Source: Bacteroides phage BS162P1
Length of the DNA: 32,000 bases
Sequence record: OP172706.1
Direction: 5' to 3' (one strand)
Shown here: in pieces, positions 24,860-32,000 of the stretch
How positions within the stretch are numbered: the stretch's first letter is position 1
Layout of the letters: each line of letters begins with the position of its first letter
Program-made: the position numbers and the translations under genes
The notes under the pieces: generated by a model
Told to the model about the DNA's origin: nothing
What the model saw: only the letters and a program-made list of their open reading frames with translations
Databases searched by the model: none

Positions 24860-25267
24860 ATGGAACTTGCCATGCTTGTAGCTACCCAATTATCTCTAAA
24901 CTTTTCGGACGCAGAAAAAATACTTTTCATAGTACGAAAAAGGAACTATGACGAAATACCCTATTTGCGAAGCCAAATTGATATTTCCCAGTTCTACGGA
25001 GAAATTCAGATTATAAACCCCTTGCAGGAACTTACAGATGACATACTGATAGGCGGTATGAACGGTTTACTTGACAGGATGGTGTTTGAAGACCTCATTG
25101 AAGAAGACCTTACGTTCTATTCCCGTAAATGTAACGGGTTCGAGGTATTGTTTACCAAACGTATGGAAGAAATCGCCCTTTCCTCAAAAGCCCTTTCGGT
25201 AGTACGCTCTTGGGGCATCCCCAAATCAGACGGTGCAAGAGTTATTGAATGTGAACTAATAGACTAA
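24860..25267 (+). CDS. hypothetical protein
   Basis: 135 aa ORF. Confidence 0.55.
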   Translation: MELAMLVATQLSLNFSDAEKILFIVRKRNYDEIPYLRSQIDISQFYGEIQIINPLQELTDDILIGGMNGLLDRMVFEDLIEEDLTFYSRKCNGFEVLFTKRMEEIALSSKALSVVRSWGIPKSDGARVIECELID

Positions 25268-25271
25268 GTAT

Positions 25272-26441
25272 ATGGAAAAACTACATTTTACGTTGGGAGA
25301 TGATGCCGGATTGCTTCTTTCCCAAATCGCTTGGGAGCGAATGTTCATGGATTTATCTCCCGCAAAAGCCATATCCATATTTGTAGACTCCCTACAAGGA
25401 TTACCTTATTCTCTCGCTCTTGAGCTTCTTCATGGTGATAAAGTGGTCGAGGTTTCCGATAAGACCAGTGGAATTATGTCAATCGTCCCTTATGATAAAG
25501 ACAAACATGAGGAATACCCCGTATTTGACTATACGGGATGGTATGAGAGAAATCATAAGTGGATTGGTGATTGCGGCAGGGAACTTTACCAACTTCTTGA
25601 TACTTGCAGCCGGGACGTGGTTTCCGAATGCGTTGAAGTGCAGGTAAAAAACGTTATCCAGATGCTTCTTCAACATGAAGATGAAAGTGTCCGTGATAGA
25701 TTGTATGAGGAGTTTTCACGTTCTCCCAGAGTAGACCGAATCGTTCAAATCTGCAAGAGCGCTGAACAGTACCTCAGAAGGGTTTCCCAGTTAGGAGTGG
25801 TATTTGACTTCATAGAAGATGTATTCCCCAATGATGTTTCCAAATTAGACACTGGTAAGCATTTTGTGGTTTCTTACGTGGCTTCTAAACTGTCAAATCT
25901 AATCTCTTTAGATTCCGATGCTCTTGAAAGAATCTGTGAACTTGAGGATGCCCCGATTAAAAACCATGTCAAGGCTGCTATCGAAATTAACGAAAAATTA
26001 AAAGACCTCATACAGCCTGTAGACATTCTTGATAATTATTCTGCCGGATGGTTATCTCCCACGGGAGAATATTTCGGTCTGAACGGGGAAATCTCGAATA
26101 TGCTCCATAAGACTATTGCCGATGCTATACGGGAAAGAATGATTGTTCTTGATGGTGTGGACCCTCTTGAAGATGATGATAAAAACATGGATGGTTGGTT
26201 ATCCTTGCACGGCTGGGTAAAGATACACGGTTCATGGATACTGTATGACGGATATATGCAGGGAGCACACAATATGAAAGTAGTTCCGCTTACCGATATT
26301 CAAATAGAGAAAATCTCTCTTTATGGGAAAGTCTGTCATGGAGATAAACTTTTCTGCGGTCTTGAGAAGAAGTTCTGTTCCGGAACCCGTTTCGGATTTA
26401 CGGATAAACCTATGCTTGCCAAATTATTTGATGCCCTATGA
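25272..26441 (+). CDS. hypothetical protein (389 aa)
   Basis: Long continuous ORF; no family recognised. Confidence 0.75.
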   Translation: MEKLHFTLGDDAGLLLSQIAWERMFMDLSPAKAISIFVDSLQGLPYSLALELLHGDKVVEVSDKTSGIMSIVPYDKDKHEEYPVFDYTGWYERNHKWIGDCGRELYQLLDTCSRDVVSECVEVQVKNVIQMLLQHEDESVRDRLYEEFSRSPRVDRIVQICKSAEQYLRRVSQLGVVFDFIEDVFPNDVSKLDTGKHFVVSYVASKLSNLISLDSDALERICELEDAPIKNHVKAAIEINEKLKDLIQPVDILDNYSAGWLSPTGEYFGLNGEISNMLHKTIADAIRERMIVLDGVDPLEDDDKNMDGWLSLHGWVKIHGSWILYDGYMQGAHNMKVVPLTDIQIEKISLYGKVCHGDKLFCGLEKKFCSGTRFGFTDKPMLAKLFDAL

Positions 26442-26635
26442 GAAATGTAACGAAAATCGCAAAACTTATGAACAGCCGTAGTAGAATGTGCACTATATGC
26501 CCACTCGGAAAGCAAATGAGATGTAACCTTGATATAATGCGGGTATGCTCCGATGCTTTCGTTGAGGGTTTTAAGAAAGGTGTCCAACTTGCGGAGAAAA
26601 ATCATAAAGAACATGCTAAAAAAGAGAACGTTTAG
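26438..26635 (+). CDS. small hypothetical protein
   Basis: MRNVTKIAKLMNSRSRMCTICPLGKQMRCNLD...; contains C..C......C, ATGA overlap. Confidence 0.5.
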   Translation: MRNVTKIAKLMNSRSRMCTICPLGKQMRCNLDIMRVCSDAFVEGFKKGVQLAEKNHKEHAKKENV

Positions 26636-26837
26636 AGTTGATTTTCGTGCTTACGAATATACTAAAGGGTATATAGAAATGACCGAAGACTTGGTTTTAC
26701 CCTATCGTACAGAAGAACCTTTCACGGAAGAAACTTCTACGGTATTTATTCACGCACGAAAAATTTTGCATGGGATATTGAATACAATCATAGAGATAAA
26801 AGGTATTTATCCCCTAACCGTTTATGAAGAACTTTAA
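26613..26837 (+). CDS. small hypothetical protein
   Basis: MLKKRTFRVDFRAYEYTKGYIEMTEDL...; start at ATG 26613. Confidence 0.5.
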   Translation: MLKKRTFRVDFRAYEYTKGYIEMTEDLVLPYRTEEPFTEETSTVFIHARKILHGILNTIIEIKGIYPLTVYEEL

Positions 26838-26848
26838 AAGGAGAAAAT

Positions 26849-27232
26849 ATGAAACAGACAGTAGAAGAAGCAGCAAAAGAAAATATCTTGTTTAATCACA
26901 GGACAGTTGACAGGACTTTGTTTGGTAAAGATTTGGCAAGGTTTGGAGAGATAAATTTCATCCAAGGTGCTGAGTGGCAGTCCAAGCAATCCCCGTGGAT
27001 AAGCGTAGAAGAAAAGCTTGGTTGTGATACATCAGATGATTGTATTGTAATGGATGAATATGGAGAAGTTTTCAGAGCGTATTTTTCATCCGAAAATAAA
27101 TGGTTGAAAAGTGATAATGCTTACACCGAAGAGGTAGGCAATGTTGTGAGGTGGATGCCCATCCCCACCTTCGACCAAATCCTCGAAGCCAACAAAGATG
27201 TGTTACAACGAATAAAAAACAAAGAACTATGA
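26849..27232 (+). CDS. DUF551-like accessory protein
   Basis: 'SPWISVEEKLGCDTSDDCIVMDEYGEVFRAYFSSENKW...VVRWMPIP'. Confidence 0.6.
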   Translation: MKQTVEEAAKENILFNHRTVDRTLFGKDLARFGEINFIQGAEWQSKQSPWISVEEKLGCDTSDDCIVMDEYGEVFRAYFSSENKWLKSDNAYTEEVGNVVRWMPIPTFDQILEANKDVLQRIKNKEL

Positions 27233-27489
27233 GCTATATAGATAATACAAGAAGAAATATTGGTTCTCCGTTCGAGCAGACAGTATGCCTAACCCAAGAA
27301 GAATGTAAGATATTGCTTCCATTCTTCCAGAGAACACATAAGGAACTACAAGCCAAGTATGAAAAGTACATGGACATACAAGAAGGAGGTGAAGCAACCG
27401 AAAGGCAGCAAAACCTTTTGTACAAGTACGAAGATGAAATGAAACACTTAGAAAGTGTTTTATCGTCTATTAAAGAGCTTTTAAAATGA
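27229..27489 (+). CDS. hypothetical protein
   Basis: MSYIDNTRRNIGSPFEQTVCLTQEEC...; ATGA-type overlap with upstream gene. Confidence 0.5.
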   Translation: MSYIDNTRRNIGSPFEQTVCLTQEECKILLPFFQRTHKELQAKYEKYMDIQEGGEATERQQNLLYKYEDEMKHLESVLSSIKELLK

Positions 27490-27532
27490 CACATTAAATA
27501 GAGACTTGTCTTAACGAGAAAGGAGAAACGGA

Positions 27533-27949
27533 ATGAGAAATCAAGTATTAAGTGTAGAACAGATGCTAAAACTTCAAAGGTTAGGTATAGATATAAGTAG
27601 TTCAGGAATGTACTGGTGCAGACCCACTAAAAATGAAAAATGGGAACTTAAAATCCATGAGGATGTAATTCGTCAAAAACGAGACCCTCGATTTTGGGAA
27701 ATCATTCCAGCCCTTACCTTGCAGGACATTATCGAGCTGCTTCCACGTAGCATCCAACCTAATCCGGATGAAGGAACGTATTATCTTAACCTATATTATT
27801 ATGACCTGTCGTGGGTAATAGATTACCTGAACAACGAGGGTGACGGAAGTTATGCTGCTACAATATCAGATGATAGCTTTATCAAAGCCGCCTATCAGAT
27901 GTTGCTCTGGTGTATTGAAAACGGATATATTGAAAAGAAAGGAGATTAA
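27533..27949 (+). CDS. hypothetical protein
   Basis: 138 aa ORF. Confidence 0.6.
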   Translation: MRNQVLSVEQMLKLQRLGIDISSSGMYWCRPTKNEKWELKIHEDVIRQKRDPRFWEIIPALTLQDIIELLPRSIQPNPDEGTYYLNLYYYDLSWVIDYLNNEGDGSYAATISDDSFIKAAYQMLLWCIENGYIEKKGD

Positions 27950-27950
27950 A

Positions 27951-28178
27951 ATGCAGTACATTTTAACAGAAGAAGAATATAAAGCTCTAATACCTATTAG
28001 TAGGATGGAAGCATTATTGAATGATATAGAACTTTTAAACGATAAAGTTATGGAGCTTACCGAGCATCCATGTGGAAGTGATTCGGATTATAGGAGCATA
28101 AACTTCTATTGTGACGATTGCCCGATTGGAAAATTTGGTACTGGGACTTGTACTAAGAGACAACAATATTCTAAATAA
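27951..28178 (+). CDS. hypothetical protein with Cys-rich C-terminus
   Basis: MQYILTEEEYKALIPISRMEALLND...NFYCDDCPIGKFGTGTC; start ATG 27951. Confidence 0.55.
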   Translation: MQYILTEEEYKALIPISRMEALLNDIELLNDKVMELTEHPCGSDSDYRSINFYCDDCPIGKFGTGTCTKRQQYSK

Positions 28179-28197
28179 TCTTCAAAACAAATCAGAA

Positions 28198-28389
28198 ATG
28201 AGGAAGATACTTTTATTTGCCAGTTTAATGCTGGCACTATCATCTTGCGATAGTAAATCTCATCATGTGAAGAGTGGCACTGCAATAACCATTGATGGCG
28301 ATACCATTGAGTTCTATGGTGGAACAATTACTTACCCCTTTTTCGGTCAACGTAGTATTAGAGAAATAGTTATTAAAGAGAAAGGGTGA
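28198..28389 (+). CDS. small lipoprotein
   Basis: MRKILLFASLMLALSSC signal with lipobox LSSC; start ATG 28198. Confidence 0.6.
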   Translation: MRKILLFASLMLALSSCDSKSHHVKSGTAITIDGDTIEFYGGTITYPFFGQRSIREIVIKEKG

Positions 28390-28396
28390 TTGAGAA

Positions 28397-28573
28397 ATGA
28401 AAAAAGTAAGAATAATGCTTCGTTTGTTATTAATACCTTTATGGCTTTTATTGTTCCTTGTTTACCTGCCAATATGGTATCTACAAATGAGCTGGCACTA
28501 TTTCAGATTTGGAGATTACTGGGATAGCTATTTAGTTTTGTGGATTAGAGTAATGAATCTTCTTAAACTATAA
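28397..28573 (+). CDS. 58-aa membrane protein (not in supplied track)
   Basis: MKKVRIMLRLLLIPLWLLLFLVYLPIWYLQMSWHYFRFGDYWDSYLVLWIRVMNLLKL*, directly between neighbouring ORFs. Confidence 0.45.
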   Translation: MKKVRIMLRLLLIPLWLLLFLVYLPIWYLQMSWHYFRFGDYWDSYLVLWIRVMNLLKL

Positions 28574-28575
28574 GT

Positions 28576-28785
28576 ATGAGAAAAATAAATACCGTACAGG
28601 ATTTGATAAACGAGTTAATGCTCGTCAACAATAAGGATGCGGAGATAAACGTCGTACAGAACTCAGGCGGTTTTGGAACCCTGTTTACTCCAGACCTATT
28701 CGATTTTTCAGTCATAGATTATACAGGATTCAATCCTGACGATGGAAGTCTGGAAAATAGAGTTGTGCTACAAATGTATCGTTGA
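28576..28785 (+). CDS. hypothetical protein
   Basis: 69 aa ORF. Confidence 0.5.
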   Translation: MRKINTVQDLINELMLVNNKDAEINVVQNSGGFGTLFTPDLFDFSVIDYTGFNPDDGSLENRVVLQMYR

Positions 28786-29114
28786 AAATATCTTGGAAAA
28801 TGAAAGCGAGAGTAAAAAAGACCGGGATTCTGATAGATGTAATTCCGAAAGTAAATGTCAATGCGCAACATAGCGGAGACAATTTATATGTATGCGATAA
28901 TATGGTTTTCAGAGAGTGCGACCTTGATTTTTTGAATGTTGAAAATGCAGTGATTGATTGGGAGCAAAGGCGTTATGAAATAGCAAAGTCAATGATGGCG
29001 GCATTTCTTAGCAATTCATGCTCAAATGTTTATATGAATACTTATGAAAATCAAGCACAGGAAGCCGTAAAATATGCCGATGTGCTTATTGAAGAATTGA
29101 AGAAAGGAAAATAA
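28782..29114 (+). CDS. hypothetical protein (start 28782 or 28800)
   Basis: 110 aa ORF. Confidence 0.5.
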   Translation: MKISWKMKARVKKTGILIDVIPKVNVNAQHSGDNLYVCDNMVFRECDLDFLNVENAVIDWEQRRYEIAKSMMAAFLSNSCSNVYMNTYENQAQEAVKYADVLIEELKKGK

Positions 29115-29116
29115 TT

Positions 29117-29320
29117 ATGGAAAACAGAAGAAAGCTGGCAATAGCCGCCCTATGTCGTGGATTCCTCCACGTACAAGGATTTCTGACAGATTCAGAAAAT
29201 GAGAAAATCTGTCAACGAATATTGAATTGGCAGGATGAAAATGAGGTTGAAATTACCGAGGAACAACTTCTATCTGCTGATTTTACTTATGATGATAACG
29301 CCAAAGAAGATGAGGAGTAA
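29117..29320 (+). CDS. hypothetical protein, acidic
   Basis: 67 aa ORF. Confidence 0.45.
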   Translation: MENRRKLAIAALCRGFLHVQGFLTDSENEKICQRILNWQDENEVEITEEQLLSADFTYDDNAKEDEE

Positions 29321-29325
29321 TAATC

Positions 29326-29514
29326 ATGGAAGTAAAAAACGGAATAATAATTAATGGTGAGCTTCACGAAGGAGTTGAGGAAACTGTTTCTTGTTCTCTT
29401 TGCTCTTTGTACAACGTATGTGCAGAACTGAACTATGCAGTATGCCCTGCCGAAATATTGAGATGTGAGAGTTTTGTCAATCATGGTAATGTAAAAGTTG
29501 AAAAAAGAAAGTAA
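29326..29514 (+). CDS. small Cys-containing hypothetical protein
   Basis: 'CSLCSLYNVCAELNYAVCPAEILRC'. Confidence 0.45.
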   Translation: MEVKNGIIINGELHEGVEETVSCSLCSLYNVCAELNYAVCPAEILRCESFVNHGNVKVEKRK

Positions 29515-29516
29515 CC

Positions 29517-29717
29517 ATGAAGAAAATATCAATAACGGACTTTGAATTTAAAGTAACGGGTTACGGACATTATAACGTGACTTACACCAGCCCTGTAACC
29601 GGCAAGCAGTGGACAACAGCCATTGATGATATGTCAATTATTGACGCTACCAAGAATAACGAAAATCCTAAGAAAAAGGATTTAGAGATGTTGAAATGGA
29701 TTTGTAAGAACACGTAA
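29517..29717 (+). CDS. hypothetical protein
   Basis: 'MKKISITDFEFKVTGYGHYNVTYTSPVTGKQWT...', abutting spacing. Confidence 0.5.
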   Translation: MKKISITDFEFKVTGYGHYNVTYTSPVTGKQWTTAIDDMSIIDATKNNENPKKKDLEMLKWICKNT

Positions 29718-29722
29718 TATAC

Positions 29723-29914
29723 ATGACTATGATAGCTATGCACCAATGTGAATTTTGTTGTTGGTATGTCGAAAGATATGGAACCTGTGAATGTCCTACT
29801 TCTATGAAACGGATTGCATGTGAAAAAGCTCGTAGAATGAAGAATCGTGTTAATGAAGATAAAGGAAAAGAACTTTATGGAAACGAAAAGAAGAACAGCG
29901 TACTTCGGGACTAA
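29723..29914 (+). CDS. small Cys-rich hypothetical protein
   Basis: 'CEFCCWYVERYGTCECPTSMKRIAC'. Confidence 0.4.
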   Translation: MTMIAMHQCEFCCWYVERYGTCECPTSMKRIACEKARRMKNRVNEDKGKELYGNEKKNSVLRD

Positions 29915-30230
29915 TGGTTGTCCCAGACATTATTTTAGTGCTATTTCCGGAGAATTTTCTCCTCAAGAGGAAGAAGAACTTAGTAAGATAGATGAAGACT
30001 TTCAGTTATTCGATTTTTTCGGCTTTAGTTTTTTCTATTACAAAGGGTATGGGTGCCTTTCTTTCTCTGCAAGTCCGGATGATAATCGTCCCGGCAGTAA
30101 GACTGTATTTTTTGTTGAGGACGTCTGTTTAAAAACAGAGGTGTTAGAGGCTTTGGAAAAATCTCCGTTTGTGAAAAGACAATTCCGGCGGTTAGCCGAT
30201 ATGTATGGTGTGGAATTACCTAAAATATAA
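29877..30230 (+). CDS. hypothetical protein
   Basis: METKRRTAYFGTNGCPRHYFSAISGEFSP...; start ATG 29877. Confidence 0.5.
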   Translation: METKRRTAYFGTNGCPRHYFSAISGEFSPQEEEELSKIDEDFQLFDFFGFSFFYYKGYGCLSFSASPDDNRPGSKTVFFVEDVCLKTEVLEALEKSPFVKRQFRRLADMYGVELPKI

Positions 30231-30265
30231 CAGCCTTTGGGCGGCTTTGTAAAACCCTATTAGTT

Positions 30266-30983
30266 ATGAAAAAGTATATTGGAACAAAAGAAGTTGAAGC
30301 AATTCCTATGACACTGGGTGAGTTTATCAACAAAAGCGGTCGAAATCCGTATGAGAATGATGGAAAGATGCACGGTAACAATGAAAAAAGGTTATCTTGT
30401 GAAGTACAAGGATGGTTACGAAAGCTGGTCGCCTGCCGAACCGTTTGAGGAAGCATATAAATGTGCAGATACATTCCTTGACCGCTTGCATATTGAAATG
30501 CGGGATTTATATGAAAAGATGGATAAGCTCTCTCCATTTATTGAATCTGGCAAAATAGATGAAATTGTGACTGACAAATATCAGAACTATTTGCTTCGGT
30601 TGCAACATAGAATCATGAGCAGGTATATCAATGTATTGGAATGCCGTATTGGTAGGCTTGATGGAAGTCCCGAAGCACCTTTACATCAAATGTCATTTGG
30701 TGATGCTATTGAAGTTCTCAAACAAGGTGGTGCTATCCGTAGAGCTGGATGGAACGGTAAAGGGTTATTTGTTGTTAAGCAAATTCCGGCTCATATCACC
30801 GAAGACATTATTCCTAAAATGCAGTCACTTCCCCAGTCAGCCAAAGACATCATTATGTCCCGTGAGAATAAAGTAATTGACTACACAAGTCAAATGCTTA
30901 TTATTAATCCGGACGGCAGGGCAGATTCATGGGTTCCGTCTGTCAGTGACGTGTTCGCAGAAGACTGGGAGATAGTTATCTAA
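30266..30983 (+). CDS. DUF2829/Tad2-like protein with N-terminal 'MKKYIGTKEVEA' region; frame break near the A6 run at 30384-30389
   Basis: Frame A: MKKYIGTKEVEAIPMTLGEFINKSGRNPYENDGKMHGNNEK; frame B continues GYLVKYKDGYESWSPAEPFEEAYK... and ends with the domain 'MSFGDAIEVLKQGGAIRRAGWNGKGLFVV...DYTSQMLIINPDGRADSWVPSVSDVFAEDWEIV' (30690-30983). Confidence 0.65.
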
Positions 30984-30987
30984 CCAT

Positions 30988-31006
30988 AGGGAGCCTCGTG
31001 CTCCCT
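30988..31006 (+). terminator. small hairpin, possible terminator
   Basis: AGGGAGC-CTCGT-GCTCCCT; only a weak downstream T run. Confidence 0.4.
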
Positions 31007-31022
31007 TAAACTTTATAGGGCT

Positions 31023-31430
31023 ATGAATATTACTATTAAAACAAGACAGATTCTATTCAGAGGAAAAAGTATCGGTGATGGACGTTGGGTTATCGGTGAT
31101 TTATTTCACAGAAAGGGTGTTCCCTCACCATCTATTACACCCACGCAAATCGGTACTTCGGGTGTCGTTAAGGAAACGGTGGGACAATTTACCGGCGAAC
31201 GGGACATTAATATGACAATGGTCTACGAGCATGACTTGCTTAGAGTTCCCGAAACGTTATCCAACGCAGAGCTTCTATGTGCCGTTACATTTAAGTTCGG
31301 ACGTTACGTGGGAATCTCCGTATCGTCCAATACGACTTGGGATTTGGAATACCTTTTGCACCTTAATGCGGTTGTAGTGGGAAATATCCATGACAATCCG
31401 GATAAGGCTCCTAACTTTACAATAGAATAA
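31023..31430 (+). CDS. YopX-like phage protein
   Basis: 'ILFRGKSIGDGRWVIGDLFHRKG...YEHDLL' matches the YopX N-terminal pattern. Confidence 0.5.
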   Translation: MNITIKTRQILFRGKSIGDGRWVIGDLFHRKGVPSPSITPTQIGTSGVVKETVGQFTGERDINMTMVYEHDLLRVPETLSNAELLCAVTFKFGRYVGISVSSNTTWDLEYLLHLNAVVVGNIHDNPDKAPNFTIE

Positions 31431-31431
31431 C

Positions 31432-31725
31432 ATGGGACGGTACTATACAGGAATGGTGGTACGTACCAGTTATAATACCGGCCCGTACCGGATACTTGAC
31501 ATTACGGAGAATTGCAGGTGTCCGTCTTTTATGGATTCCATAACACTCATGGATAAAGCTCCCGCTTCCCGTCCGCATGTACATCTTACCTGCCGTAAAG
31601 TCGGAGAGAAAACCGGATTTTTCTATTTAAGCGGATATGATGATACACTGCACTCCGTATGGAACTCAGACTATCTGATTGACTGCGCACAGGAAACATT
31701 ACTAACTATAATTACATTGTTATGA
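31432..31725 (+). CDS. hypothetical protein
   Basis: 97 aa ORF. Confidence 0.5.
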   Translation: MGRYYTGMVVRTSYNTGPYRILDITENCRCPSFMDSITLMDKAPASRPHVHLTCRKVGEKTGFFYLSGYDDTLHSVWNSDYLIDCAQETLLTIITLL

Positions 31726-31928
31726 ATGCACAAGAAACCGCATTGTGGATATTACAAAGTGAAGACCATTTTATTTTGTGGGAGAATCGCCCTTGCCGGC
31801 CGCACGTCCTGCAAAAGGAAAGTTCCTACCAGCCTCTTATTCGTGTGAACGGAACTTATTACCATGTGAAATATGATAACGGAGAACCCGTAGTAGATTA
31901 TTCCTCTCCCGTAGATTGCGATGAATGA
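31722..31928 (+). CDS. hypothetical protein
   Basis: 68 aa ORF with ATGA overlap. Confidence 0.45.
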   Translation: MNAQETALWILQSEDHFILWENRPCRPHVLQKESSYQPLIRVNGTYYHVKYDNGEPVVDYSSPVDCDE

Positions 31929-32000
31929 TACACAGTTTACACAAGCACTTACAAAGGCAATGCCTATGCTGACGGGTTATTCCCGTAACCTTATCGCAGA
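31921..32000 (+). CDS. partial ORF running off the window
   Basis: MNDTQFTQALTKAMPMLTGYSRNLIA..., open to the last base; faint resemblance to the start of ECF-type sigma factors, not assignable. Confidence 0.35.
   Translation, partial: MNDTQFTQALTKAMPMLTGYSRNLIA

Noticed and set aside
30232-30262. GCC...GGC hairpin after ORF ending 30230 as a terminator
   Set aside because: Stem is short and interrupted with alternative pairings and no solid T-tract; not reported as a feature.
1-32000. CRISPR array or tRNA genes
   Set aside because: No regularly spaced direct repeats and no convincing acceptor/anticodon/T-arm set seen when reading the intergenic gaps; a tRNAscan-SE and CRISPR finder run would settle this.

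Overview
This 32 kb window reads as a replication, recombination and DNA-modification segment of a large tailed phage, or a closely related element, infecting Bacteroidales. The host inference rests on repeated TTTG-N18-20-TAnnTTTG promoter-like elements. Almost every gene is on the + strand. From left to right it carries: a DnaC/IstB-type helicase loader (5' truncated), DnaB-like helicase, DnaG-like primase, gp32-like Zn-binding SSB, family A DNA polymerase, a RecA-like recombinase with a non-canonical P-loop, a PD-(D/E)XK resolvase-like protein, a MoxR/CobS-type AAA+ ATPase with a VWA/CobT-type partner, a Cas4/RecB-like nuclease with a putative Fe-S cluster, an HNH (NUMOD4) endonuclease fused to or inserted in a second PD-(D/E)XK nuclease, a SpoVS/Alba-like protein, and a partial 7-deazaguanine DNA modification module (QueC, DpdA-like transglycosylase, QueE). 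The right third (about 22-32 kb) is a run of small accessory ORFs, including Cys-rich and membrane proteins, a DUF551-like protein, a lipoprotein, a DUF2829/Tad2-like (candidate anti-Thoeris) protein and a YopX-like protein. The best candidates for something undescribed are: (i) a promoter followed by a compact structured RNA with complementary loops at 12740-12845; (ii) an HNH domain bounded by a diverged ~21-codon duplication inside a PD-(D/E)XK ORF; (iii) the 7-deazaguanine module with an unusual QueE cluster motif and unknown interspersed genes; (iv) two reading-frame breaks at A runs that both need the same shift; and (v) a 36-aa, highly basic Ala/Gly-rich ORF missed by the ORF track. All family assignments come from motif recognition by eye; no database search was run.
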